DNA of 61,302 nt, the filler included, from Hausera hauseri (taxonomy: Eukaryota): the NCBI GenBank assembly GCA_046269625.1. It is 13 parts of 13 records of this genome, joined end to end, with 100 filler letters (N's around TTAATTAATTAA, not from the genome) between each part and the next. Parts side by side here need not be neighbours in the genome. Positions count along the whole stretch, not along the records: positions 35,423 to 39,475 come from JBJURY010791868.1; positions 39,576 to 44,722 come from JBJURY010322717.1; positions 44,823 to 50,093 come from JBJURY010294280.1; 10 more parts are not named here. The stretch is one strand, 5' to 3'. The notes under the pieces are model-generated. The model did no database searches and was not told the origin of the DNA. It worked only from the letters and a program-made list of their open reading frames with translations. Positions 35,423 to 48,406 of the stretch are shown here, one piece after another. Position 1 is the first letter of the stretch; the number at the start of each line of letters is the position of its first letter. The position numbers and the translations under genes were made by a program.

Positions 35423-38400
35423 GAATGACCACACCATCGAAGACCACATTACGGAAGACCACAACATGAATGACCACACCATCGAAGACCACAACATGGA
35501 AGACCACATTATGGAAGACCACACTATGGAAGACCACACAAAGTAAGTCCACGACAAGGAAGAATACACCTAGGAAGACTATATATGAAAGTCCACACCA
35601 TGAAAGACCACGCCATGAAAGTCCACACCATGAAAGACCACACTATGGAAGACCACCCCATGGAAGACCACATCATGAAAGACCACACAATATGATACCA
35701 AAGCATGGAAGACCACAACATGAAAGACCACACAATAAAAGGCCACACCATGAAGAACACGCCAAGGAAGACCACACCATGGAAGACCACACCATGGAAG
35801 ACCACACCATGGAAGACAACACCATGAAAGACCAAGACAAGGAAGAAGGCACGTTGGATGACTATACCATGAAAGACTACGCCATGAAAGTCCACACCAC
35901 GGAAGACCACACCATGGAAGACCACACCATGTAAGACCACGACAAGGAAGACTACACCTAGGAAGACTATACCATGAAAGACCACGCCATGAAAGACCAC
36001 AACATGGAAGCCCACACCATGGAAGACCACATTATGGAAGACCACACCATGGAAGACCACACCATGAAAGACCACACCATTGAAGACGACACCATGGAAG
36101 ACCACACCATGAAAGACCACACCATTGAAGACGACACCTTGGAATACCACAACATGAAAGACCACGCCATGTAAGACCACGACAAGGAAGACTACACCTA
36201 GGAAGACTATAACATGAAAGACCACACCATGAACGACCACATCATGGAAGACCACACCATAGAAGACCATAACATGGAAGACCATACCATGAAATTCCAG
36301 ACCATGAAATACCACCTCATGGAAGACCACTCCATGGAAGACCATACCATGAAAGTCCATGAGGTGGAACACCACACCGTGGAAGACCACACAATGAAAG
36401 GCCACAAAATAAATGACCACACAATCGAAGACCATAACATAGAATACCACACAATAAAAGACCACACCATAAAAAACCACACCAAGCAGACCACACCGTG
36501 GAAGACGAAACAATTAAAGACCACACTATGTAAGTCCACGACAATGAAGACCACAGCTTGGAAGGCGATGCCATGACACACCACACGATGAAAGACCACA
36601 CCATGAAAGACCACAACATGGAAGACCAAGACAAGGAAGACCACAGCTTGGAAGGCTATGCCATGACAGACCACAGTATGAAAGGCTACTCCATGAATCA
36701 CCACACCATGATAGACCACGACAAGGAAGACCACACCTTCGAAGACCACACCATGAAAGATCACACCATGAAATACCAGGACATGTAAGACCACACCATT
36801 GAAGACCACAACTTGGAAGACCACACCATGAAAGACCACACCATGTAAGACCACGAGAAGGAAGACTACACCTTGGAAGACTATACCATGAAAGACCACA
36901 CCATGAAAGACCACAGCATGAAAGACCACACCATGGAAGACCACGACAAGGAAGACCACAGCTTGGAAGGCTATGCCATGACAGACCACACTATGAAAGG
37001 CTACACCATGAATCACGACACCATGATAGACCACGACAAGGAACACCACATTTTTGAAGACCACACCATGAAAGATCACACCATGAAAGACCAGGACATG
37101 TAAGACAAGATCATGGAACACAACACCATGAAAGAACACACCATAAAAGACAACGAAATGTAAGACAAGACCATGGAAAACAACACCATGGAAGACCACA
37201 CCATGAAAGACCACATCATTGAAGACGACACCTTGGAAGACCACACCATGAAAGACCACGCCATGTAAGACCACGAGAAGGAAGACTACACCTAAAAAGA
37301 CTATAACATGAAAGACCACACCATGAAAGACCACATGATGGAAGACCACACAATAGAAGACCATACCATGGAAGACCATACCATGAAAGTCCAGACCATG
37401 AAAGACCACCTCATGGAAGACCACACCATGGAAGACCATACCATGAAAGTCCATGAGGTGGAACACCACACCGTGGAAGACCACACAATGAAAGGCCGCA
37501 AAATGAATGACCACACAATCGAAGACCATAACATGGAATACCACACGATAAAAGATCACACTATGAAAGACCACACCACGAAAGAACACACCATGGAAGA
37601 CCACACCATGAAAGTCCACACCATGGAAGACCACACCTTGCAAGACCACACCATGAAAAACCACACTATGTAATACCACGAAAAGGAAGACCACACCGTG
37701 GAAGACCACACCATGAAAAACCATACGATGAAATACCACACCATAAAAGGCCACACCAAGTGAGATCACACCATGGAAGACCACACCATGAAAGATCACA
37801 CCATGGAAGATTACACCATGGAAGACCACATCATGGAAGACTACACAATGGAAGACCACACCATGATAGACCACACCATATAATACCAAAGCATAAAAGA
37901 CCAGAACATGAAAGACCACACCACAAAAAACCACACCATAAAAGACCATACGATGAAATACCACACCATGAAAGGCCACACGAAGTGAGATCACACCATG
38001 GAAGACCACACCATTGAAGAACACGACAAGGAAGATTACACAATGAAAGACCTCAACATGGAAGACCACAATTTGCAAGACCACACCATGAAAGACCACA
38101 CCATGTAAGACCACGATAGAGAACACCACACCATGGAAGACCACACCATAAAAGACCATACGATGAAATACCACACCATGAATGGCCACACCAAGTGAGA
38201 TCACACCATTGAAGACGACACCTTGGAAGATTACACCATGATAGACCACGCCATGTAAGACCACGAGAAGGAAGACTACACCTAGGAAGACTATACCATG
38301 AAATATCATACCATGAAAGACCACATGATGGAAGACCACATAATGAAAGACCATATCATGGAAGATCATACCATGAAAGACCACACCATGAAATACCACA

Positions 38401-39475
38401 TCATGGTAGACCACACCATGGAAGACCACACAATGAAAGGCCACAAAATGAATGACCACACAATCGAAGACCATAACATGGAAGACCACACGATAAAAGA
38501 CCACACTATGTAAGATCACGGGAAGGAAGACTACACCTAGGAAGACTATACCACAAAAGACCACTCCATGAAAGAGCACACCGTGGAAGACCACATGATG
38601 AAAGACAATACGATGAAATACCACACCATAAAAGACCACACCATGGAAGACCACACCATGAAAGACCACATGAAGGAAGACCACACCATGGAAAGACACT
38701 CCATGGAAGACCATGACGTGGAAGACCACACCGTGGAAGACCACACAATGAATTGCCACCAAATGAATGACCACACAATCGAAGACCATAACATGGAAGA
38801 CCACACGATAAAAGACCACACTATGAAAGACCACACCACGAAAGATCACGCCATGGAAGACCACACCATGGAAGAACACACCATGGAAGATGACACCATG
38901 AAAGACAATGACAAGGAAGACCACACTTTTGAAGAATATACCATGAAAGACCACAACATGGAAGACCACACCATGGAAGAGAACACCATGTAAGTCCACG
39001 ACACGGAAGAATACACCTAGGAAGACTATACCATAAAAGACCACTCCATGAAAGAGCACACCGTGGAAGACCACATGATGAAAGACAATACGATGAAATA
39101 CCACACCATGAAAGACCACACCATGAAAGATCACACCATGTAAGTCCACGACAAGGAAGAATACACCTAGGAAGACTATACCATAAAAATCCACACCATG
39201 AAAGACCACACCATGGAAGACCACACCTTGCAAGACCACACCATGAAAAACCACACCAAGTGAGATCACACGATGGAAGACGACACCTTGGAAGCACACG
39301 ACAAGGAAGACCACATCATGTAAGACTATACCGTGAAAGACCACACCATGAAAGATCACACCATGGAAGACCACACCATGGATGATCACATGATAAAGGA
39401 CCCCATCATGGAAGACCATAACATGGAAGACCATACCTTGAGAGACCACACCATGAAAGACCACATCATGGAAGA
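35423..39475 (+). repeat. 15-bp minisatellite (GAAGACCACACCATG)n, ~270 units, filling the whole contig
   Basis: Direct periodicity, with internal block duplications. Confidence 0.97.
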
Positions 39476-40404
39476 NNNNNNNNNNNNNNNNNNNNNNNNN
39501 NNNNNNNNNNNNNNNNNNNTTAATTAATTAANNNNNNNNNNNNNNNNNNNNNNNNNNNNNNNNNNNNNNNNNNNNTTTTGTTGAACATAACCATATTGTA
39601 CACAGAAATCTGAAATAAATACTCTGAACAGTTTGTATTGAAGATAATTGAATTCCATTTTCCGATTGTAATTTATGGATTATTATTTCCGATTTGGTGT
39701 GTTTAATTGCGTTATTATGGAACAAACTCCAGTCGGTATTCCTAACATTATAACCAAGGACTTTACGTTTCTGGATGTGAAATGGGGCTCTATTTATATA
39801 TATACTTCAGTGATCTCTTAGAAAGAAACAGCTATCAGTCATATTTTTCTAAATTTCCAAAGTCCTCCTTACAGATGATTGATGAGGAACGNNNNNNNNN
39901 NTTATTGCGATCCAGAAGTAATCTATAAGTACCATAAAGTTGCATATATTTGCCAACAGTAGCCTTAGCATTGTTTTATTGTAAAAATATTATTTAAATA
40001 TTCCAAAAATCAGTGTCGAAATCAAACAGACTTTCAATCTGCCATTGTTTTGCATTGTACAGACGTTGAGACATTTTATCTACAGCTCAATTTCAATTTC
40101 AATTTCTTATCTCTGACAAATTTTCAAATCGGCAGTCATTCAGTTTAATCAGTTTTGTTCAATTCTAGCCGATTTTCATTCGAAGCTTCTTTTTTTTGGC
40201 TGATTTCTTTTTTGAAAAATGCGGTCTTGTTTCGATTGAAATAAAAGAGACAGTTGGAATTTTTTAATACATTCTCTACAAAATCCCGTGTTAACTTCTA
40301 TCAACGTTTGACAACTTAGAATTAAGGTTTAATATGATTTCCAACCATTTCTATGACGGTACGCCATTTAATCAATCGGTAAAACAGAAAAAAGAAATGG
40401 AAGA

Positions 40405-40433
40405 AATCTGTCCCATGTGCGTCAAAGGGTTAA
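40405..40433 (-). mobile_element. piggyBac-like terminus (non-autonomous)
   Basis: ...gtcccatgtgcgtcaaAGGG|TTAA; partner end not found. Confidence 0.4.
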
Positions 40434-40988
40434 CAAGCACCGCAAATCATGTAAAGGGCATTTGGATAAGCTAATATTCAGCTTAGTGAATACTTATTGT
40501 AGATTAATTTACAAGTGAGGAGAGAGAACAATTTTTTCAAGTACCAAAACACGTTAGTATTCGCGTATTTATCAAAGGTTAACGATTCTTATGTTGATCT
40601 AAAACCATTTCTGGTAAATCTGAAAATATTTCTTTCAAATTTTCCTTAAAATTCATTGACAAAAATATTGATAAAAATGGTTTAACAAAAATTGCCAACC
40701 ATTTTATTTTGTAACAACATTACGAAAATGCCCATATCTACGTAACGAATTGAGATAACTCGTTGAAATTTGCAGTGAATGTTTATCGACAATCCGATAT
40801 TGAATAGAAAAACTAATTTTAAGAAAATTTTTAGTCACCCAATCGTCACAATGCGAAATCAAAGAACCGCTGAAATTTATAAGAATTGCACTTTCCATTC
40901 TCCCCTTCATGCCAACGAGCAAAATAAAATTATGGAATAATTACCGCAATTGTTCTAATCATTAACGATAGAAATTCAACAATTTAAC

Positions 40989-41120
40989 CCTCGCCAAATA
41001 ATTGGGATGCAGCGCTAAAGTCGCCATCGATGAAACCAACCAGCAATTGCCCAAATAGCCCTGACAAACATCTCTCGTTGAACTGCCGTCAATAAACAGT
41101 CTCGGATTGGAGCAAATTTC
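40989..41120 (-). CDS. Host exon: calpain catalytic domain with active-site Cys (CAPN5/TRA-3-like GNCW)
   Basis: EICSNPRLFIDGSSTRDVCQGYLGNCWLVSSMATLA; acceptor tttcag| and donor |gttaaa; 132 bp, phase 0/0. Confidence 0.9.
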
Positions 41121-42457
41121 CTGAAACATCAAAAATTGAAATAAATAAAGATTCAAAATTTACGATAGAATTGTCGCTTAACCCATCAGATTAAAAATTG
41201 CAAATGATCGTGATATCCGAACGCCCAAAACTGATGATTCGTATAAGTAAAAAGGCAAGGAGAATTGGAGGTTATATCTATGAAGTTTCCTTGAAAAAAT
41301 CACAAGTTATCCAGAAGAAAAAGTCCAATAAAGACGAGCGTATCAATTCATACAAAATAAATTACATGGAATTACGTTATTTAAATTGTTTAACAACTAA
41401 TTGCTCCATTAAGATACACATCATGTATGAGATCACAATAAAGACACGATGGGATCTTTATATCAATCGCATTGATGGTATTATCAAATTTCGGGGTGTG
41501 GAAAATATATCTATTTTCGATGACTTTGAAACGATTACCGAGGAAGGAAAAAAAAAGGAAGGGAAAGCTAACGAATCAAGCTTAAGAAAAATGGTATATG
41601 AAAATGCCAACGATGAGTTCAGCGCTCTGATACGTAGCAATGATGTCAGAATTGATGAACAAAGATAAACCATGTGTAAACGGGAGTGTGACGATAATAG
41701 GGTTTGTGTTAATACTATGGTTGATAGTTGTTTTCGTTGTTTGGGTTTTACGAGCGCCGGGGGGTCGTGTTATGTTAACTGGATTTGGATTTATGTTGAG
41801 TATGAACAAAAATAAGGTTTGTAATTTTTATTCATGTGAAATTTTATTTAATACATTTGAGCAGGTGTATATGCAAGATGCACTTTTATATCAAGAGGGA
41901 GAGGATCGCATATGGACTTTAAAAAGGACACGTTTATATACAGATAATAATGTCAGTAAGGTCTATGACAAAGGATATAGAGTCTGTGGGACAGCAAGGG
42001 TTAAACCTTTATCGGATGAAAGGGTAGGTAAAAGTAAAAAAATAAAAGGTAATATCGTGAACATCTCAGAAGATACTGATTATAACGATACATTTAGGGA
42101 AATATTGTATAATCTAAAAAAGGAGGACCTTGGTAAGATACCATAGGTGCATGAGGAATTTAAAGGTCGGGTTCGTGGAGGAACGAATCAGGGGATTGTA
42201 TAAACTCTATATGAAAAATCCTTACGAATTAGCAATTGATGGGGGATCAACTAGGTCTAGAGAGATTTATAAGTCGAATCCTGCTAATCTCACATCTTAT
42301 CGTGTACTGAGCACCATATATTTATGTCATATTAAAGAAAATCATCTCACAAGCACGATCTACGAACACCACAAGAAGAATACATATATAATATATACAC
42401 GGCTAAAATATATAACCCTTGATAATCATAAAAAAGAGCGTCATTAGGGAAATCTCA

Positions 42458-44722
42458 TTATGCAAAATTTATGTAAATCTTCCAGTGCGCAAACGGGAAA
42501 TTTGGGAGAATTGAGTCAATGTGTCGCTGAAAAGTCTGTGCGACATTTCTCAAACCCAGTGGCATGAACAGATATTCGTAGAGACCAAAAGGAGTAGTGA
42601 CAGCAGTCTTTTCTATATCGTCGGATGCAAATAGTATTTGGTGATATGCTTTGGCCAAATCAATGATCGAATAAATTGCGGTTGAATTAAGGAGATACAA
42701 GATATGCTTGACGAGTGGCAGGGGATACGCATCCATAAGAGTCAAGTTGTTCAACTGTTGGTAATCACCTAATGGTCTAAAAGTTCCGTCCTTTTTGTAC
42801 GACATGTAAAGGTGATGACCAACGTAATTTTGAACGGCGTACGATTCCGGAGTGTTCTAGTTCACGAAATTCGGCTTCTGCGACCTGCCTACGATGAGGT
42901 AACAATGGTCGTATCTTTTGACCCATTGGTCGATGGTGCTATGCAACTATGTGGTGTAAAGTACTGTTTGCAGGAGTAAACGTACGATCTTTTTTGATTA
43001 CTCGTGGACATGATATGTTGACGAATTGCTGTAGAGTTGTAGGCAACTGTAAAAGATTCGGTGATGATGGTGAAACGGCTTGAGTAATGGCGGATGCAAT
43101 TTGTGAATTATTTGATGATGTGCAGTCAAGTGGTATTTGGTGTAAGGTGGTCGAATTGAAAATGGTGTTGGATGAAGTGATTTCGTCAACTGAATTAACG
43201 TTGGTGACAGTACCACAATTGGCGATATCGAACCTCGACTGCATTTCAATATTATTATTTGAAAATTTACGGAGTGAAATATTAAGAAAAATCAAAGTAG
43301 TTTTTGGTTTTCCCAAAATTGATTTCCGCGTCTCGATCGACTGCACGGTTGTCGAAATGCTATTGACATGCTCAGCAATGCTGCCAGTGATGCCGCTCCT
43401 CAGACATCGTTGACTGCAGTCAACCAATAAATTATAATGTGATAGAAAATCTGACCCTATAATTGCCGTCTGGATGTTAGCAAATGTGAACGTCCAGTTG
43501 AAAGGTGAAGGAAATTTTGGTAAGATAAAAGATAGTTTAGCCATGCCAGAAATGTGCAGCGGTTGACCTGAACCGGTGTATAGGGGATTAATTCTGAATG
43601 GTGAATTTTGTACAGGAAAGGTTTGTGGTAATAAAGAAATTGATGCACCTGTATCAATGAGTAAATCAACGGATTGCATTGTAGGGGCGGTGATTGCAGC
43701 CTTTAGAGTAAAGGCCGCAAAAGAGGCGTGTCAGCATTCAGAAGATGTAGTAGTGCCTTTGCCAGAGTTTGCCGTGACTTCTGGCGGAAAATTTAGTTTT
43801 TCTAAAAAAGTGAACTAGGACGACTATTAGAAGAAAATGTTGCACGTCCGTCGTTGGTATGTGTTTTGAAAGTGCAGCCTGGAATGCATTTATGAGCTTG
43901 TTTTTTAAACCTTGCGTGGTAGATGCAAGCAACGGTGTCTGAAGAAAACTTTTATTATAAAATTTGCATCATATGCAGCATTTTTTGGCACTCTTATTGA
44001 ATCTGTTGTGGTGATAGCAGATAGACGACTGCACAGGCGACGGTGACCGGTTTCTAAATGAAGATTTGGCGCGGTCAGCAACAAAATCCACTCGCCGGGA
44101 CAGGGAAAGTTCATTTAATTTTTTGTTTATATTGTTAATTGTTGCGTGTAGTGCTGTATTTTCAGCGCGTAACTGATTTAGTTTTTGCTCTATTGATCTA
44201 TTGTTGTTTTGGATACCGGTAGCGGCAACTGTCGCCGAAACGATTGATGGGGTGTTTAAGTGTAGAATGTCGTGTGTATTAGCGGCTAATTCGGCCAATT
44301 TTTCAAGAGCCGTGGAGTCCTCCACCACTGTAAGTAGAGCCCGAATTTGGATGAGTAACGCGTTGAGGAAGTAGTGGCGCAGTAGTTCTGGGTTGTGTTC
44401 TTTAGTGACACCGAGGGTTTGTAGATGTGTTAAAGAGGTGCGTAAAAAGTCTTATGGTCGTTGTGTGCTTATAGCATTGTCGTGGAAGAAGCGTTGTATG
44501 ATCGTGTCTATTAAGGGTTCTGTGATTTTAAGAACATCGTTAAAGAGTTGTGGATATGGATCAGGAAATTCAAAGATTTCAATAATGTTGTGAATTCGTG
44601 TTTTGATATTGTTGGGGAGTAATAAGAGGAGGTTGTGTGCTTTAGTGACGGAATCGGTAACGTTATTGGCTTGTAGCCACAGTTGGTGGAATTGCAACCA
44701 AGTTTTGCTGGAGCCTTGGTTG
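42458..44722 (-). mobile_element. Gypsy gag-protease-RT, third copy of the family
   Basis: gag VEDSTALEKLAELA, CYHHNRF; protease LLIDTGAS..IIGSDFL; RT KKDGTFRPLGDY, IDLAKAYHQI, KTAVTTPFGLYEYLFMPLGLRN. Confidence 0.93.
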
Positions 44723-45372
44723 NNNNNNNNNNNNNNNNNNNNNNNNNNNNNNNNNNNNNNNNNNNNTTAATTAATTAANNNNNNNNNNNNNNNNNNNNNN
44801 NNNNNNNNNNNNNNNNNNNNNNACTCGCCTTTTTCTCCCTACTTGCGCCACTATGCTTTGTTCCGGGGTGGGAGTAGTAAAACCACGACTGCACTAGAAA
44901 CCAATCGGGGATTAAAAAGGAAGTACTACATAATCACGGATTCACCCAATCGAGGGATAACATATAAGTTCATCAATTCGTGAAATTCACTTTTGTTTAA
45001 TCACATCAAATTTTTCTCCGCGGGGGTTTGGTGCTCCTTTCACTACGAAAATTTAAACAGAAAGAGGTGAGAATAGTGAAACCCAATCTACCCCAGAAAG
45101 TCCTTTGTTTACCGAATACTGCTTCCTGATTGGTCAGTTTTCCTCACTGCCCCGATGACTTGTTCTCCTCTCATTGGCCAGTTTTTCCTTCCCCCGATGA
45201 CGTGTTCGCAGCTCATTGGCTTCCTTCCTTCCCTGGGGGAGGGGGGTTGCCGCCATGTCCTCCATTCCAACTACTTAATTAATTAATTAATTAATTAAAA
45301 ATGATCGGTTTTCTCAAATTTTTTAAAAAATTTACAATCTGAATTATTTGAACGCATTTTTATTGAATATAG

Positions 45373-45467
45373 TGAGTAGTTATAAAAGGAGGGTCCGGGG
45401 TCGGATTTCTCAAAATTTTTAAAAAAATTGAGGGTCTGGCCCCGGACCCTCCTTTTATAACTACTCA
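45373..45467. repeat. 95-bp hairpin with perfect 28-bp arms
   Basis: tgagtagttataaaaggagggtccgggg (45373-45400) is the reverse complement of 45440-45467. Confidence 0.92.
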
Positions 45468-45644
45468 TATTAAACTGTATCTTTTAATAGGCAGAATTCA
45501 CAAATCGACATTTTTAATGAACCACTCGATATATATGATTCAATAAAAGTACCCTTTTTCATTGCACCTATTCCCTTCGATTCTCGTTGTGTATAATTTG
45601 ACGGAATTCAAACGTTTCATACATCGTCATTATCATTTGTGCTA

Positions 45645-45912
45645 ACCACATAATACACAAGGACCAATAAATGTATCATTTAATACACATGCAACAATAA
45701 GATATACCATATAATGTACAAGTACCAATAAGATGTATCACGTAATACACAAGTACCAATAATATGTAACACATAATACACAGATACCAATAAAATGTAT
45801 CATATAATACACAAGTACTAATAAGATGTACCACATGTACCACATAATACACAAGAACCAATGAGATGTACTACATACACAAGTACCAATAAAATATACC
45901 ACATAATACACT
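45645..45912 (+). repeat. ~29-bp tandem repeat (CACATAATACACAAGTACCAATAAGATGTA-like)
   Basis: About nine degenerate units in series. Confidence 0.85.
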
Positions 45913-47076
45913 AGTATGAATTGACTTTGACATGAAAGCGTATGTCAAATCTCGGTTAATTTGAATTATGAAGTTTGACTTGGCGATTTATCGGACGAAA
46001 ATGGGAATAAAGTTTAAATAACCGTCACAATTTTACAAAGTATTAATTGTCATGGAAGTTAGCAATACTGTAAACAAGAATTAACTCGTTGAACTCAAAG
46101 ATAAAGGGAATGTGTTCATGAAGGCTGCAAAGCACTTGAATGTACCAGATAAGGAACTACTCTAATTTACTGCAGCCAGCAATCCAAAACTTACTTGACG
46201 CTAATCTATTAACAGCAATCATTAAGATTAGACAAACACGACTTAATTTATTAAAATAAAAATTCAGCATTTATAGATTAGTGCATTATTCTGTAAAGGA
46301 AAATTTTGGCTGCGGTAAAAATTCAAACTTAAAAATGTAAAAAGCATCAAAGAAATGGTTGTTTTAAGGCTGGTTTTTATGTAAATTTAACCATGATGAC
46401 CTTTTATTATAAGCGGTTGTTGTTATGGCCAATTAGATTAGCCAAAAAGATTATCTTTATTCGTAAATTGTTTGTTTGTTTGAAATACAGAAAGACAATC
46501 AAATCCATATAAAACTTATTTTCTATTTATGTGGCACAACTAAATCCAAGTGTAATAAAAAATAGGTTCGCACAAACCACATATCGTTATTCGTATATTG
46601 TTTGTAGAAAATTTTGGACGCGGTAAAAATTCGTCGTCGTCGTCTTCCATGGTAGTAATGTCTGAATGAACATGGGAATGGTATTTATAGTTTGTTGTTT
46701 TTGTGCAGAGTAGATTATTTTGATTCATTAAAACATTTATGTGGTTTTTAATTTTATTAATAATCGGTTCATAGTCCACTGTCCGAATACCGAGTCTATT
46801 GTTACTGTCAGCTGAGATTAGTTTTAAACAACCAATAATACGACACTTTCCCAGTTGAAATATAATGCATGTAAAATCCGGTGGACACTTGAGGATATAT
46901 TGCCTAGGTTTCCACTGATTAAAAGATAGTGTGTTTCAATTCACACTGGGTAACATATCCGCGATAGTTGATATTAGCTAACATTATGGAAACAGTGTTT
47001 ATACTCTAGCTATTTATATGCGTTTAGTATGGTTATAACCAAATCATGTGAGGAAAGGTTGTATTATTATTATTAG

Positions 47077-47688
47077 ATGAAGCTGCAGAAATATGCAATT
47101 TTCCAGATTGTAGGCCCCAGTGGAAGTGGTAAAACGCACTTTGTGTGTAATCTATTGCAGAAATACCGTGACATGTTCCATTCACTGCAGTACAATTACA
47201 TATATTGGCATCAACGTGTTGGTGATGATGGTGAATCCGGTTTGACACATCGGCAATTTTGTAAATTGAAATCGATAGCAGTAATTGATGGGTTTGACGG
47301 GAACTGGTCACAGAGATTAGGCAACGGTGACGTTATTGTCATCGACGATTTATTTCAGGAAGCCACGAAACAGTCGAACTTCAACAACCTGTTCACGAAG
47401 ATTGAACGACACCGTGATGTGACGGCTATTTTCATTACGCAAAACACATTCTATCAGGGCGGACAGCATCGAAAAAGAAATCTAAACGTACACTATTCAA
47501 TGTTGTTCAAAAATCTCCGTGATCAAACTATACTTGATTATGTTGCACGACAAGCATGTCCTCACAACTGAGCCCAGTTGATAGATGAATATCATGATGT
47601 TACGAACAAACCGCATGGATATCTATTTATTGACTTTACACAACAGTGTCCCGATGACATGCATGTACGAACAGACATTTTCAATTAG
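47077..47688 (+). pseudogene. FtsK/A32-like genome packaging ATPase
   Basis: Walker A GPSGSGKT, Walker B VIVIDD, LFTK..RH, ITQN, FKNLRD; continues past a stop as KPHGYLFID. Confidence 0.92.
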
Positions 47689-47940
47689 AAAGGTGTATGC
47701 GTCTATAAACAAATTGAAAAATCGACGACACGACAGTGATAAAATGAAGAATTTCCGAAAAACAATTGTTAAGCGTAAACCTACCAAGCAGGTGTCCGGC
47801 AAGAAGCGTGTATTAAAACGAACCTCTACAGTCAAGCGTTTAATAAATTCTGTGCTTCAAACAACAACTAGACGAAAATTACCTTCAAAGTGGCAACGGC
47901 TATAAACAACTACGTCTCATCAGCATCAAAACGTCCACAA

Positions 47941-48264
47941 ATGCGATTCAAATGTAGTTAGCCGTACTTTATTGCTTTGCTCAAGGCACCTACGAGACAT
48001 AAGCAAAACATGCTACGATCATTCCCGCAGTTTGCAGTAGACGATTTGATGGAAATTTTGTACAATATTGTTGTGAGTCACGCTGACATTGGTAGTGGGA
48101 AGCGAAATTTACTAAAGTATCGAAAACGACTCATTGGCCTTTCCAACACCCGTAGTAAACGACTGAAACGAGAAGTCATGTACCAATAAGATGGCGGATT
48201 CCTTGGTGCAATTCTGCCGGTTGTCATGTCATTACTGGGTGGACTCATTGGTAGAACAGTTTAG
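47941..48264 (+). pseudogene. Adenovirus pX-like small core protein
   Basis: EILYNIV..basic stretch..Q*DGGFLGAILPVVMSLLGGLIG; two in-frame stops. Confidence 0.7.
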
Positions 48265-48406
48265 TATAAACAATTATGGTAAGTATATGGTGATTTGCGA
48301 TATGGGTGCATGGTTTTCATCTTTCTGTCGCAGTTTACCGATTCTTTCATAACATTTCGTTCAAATTGTTGTAATGCAAGCAAAAATAACACCATCGACG
48401 ACAACG

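Noticed and set aside
36207-39464. 1085-aa (HGVVF)n ORF as a real membrane or beta-helix protein
   Set aside because: Codons CAT GGT GTG GTC TTC cannot become stops by one substitution, so a long open frame is expected in this satellite; no unique flanking domains are present.
35423-39475. CRISPR-like array
   Set aside because: Head-to-tail units with no unique spacers, eukaryotic context and no cas genes.
45276-45298. (TTAA)n tract as another linker
   Set aside because: No flanking Ns and longer than the linker; treated as a genomic microsatellite.
45645-45912. ~29-bp repeats as CRISPR direct repeats
   Set aside because: Units are contiguous and degenerate, with no spacers.
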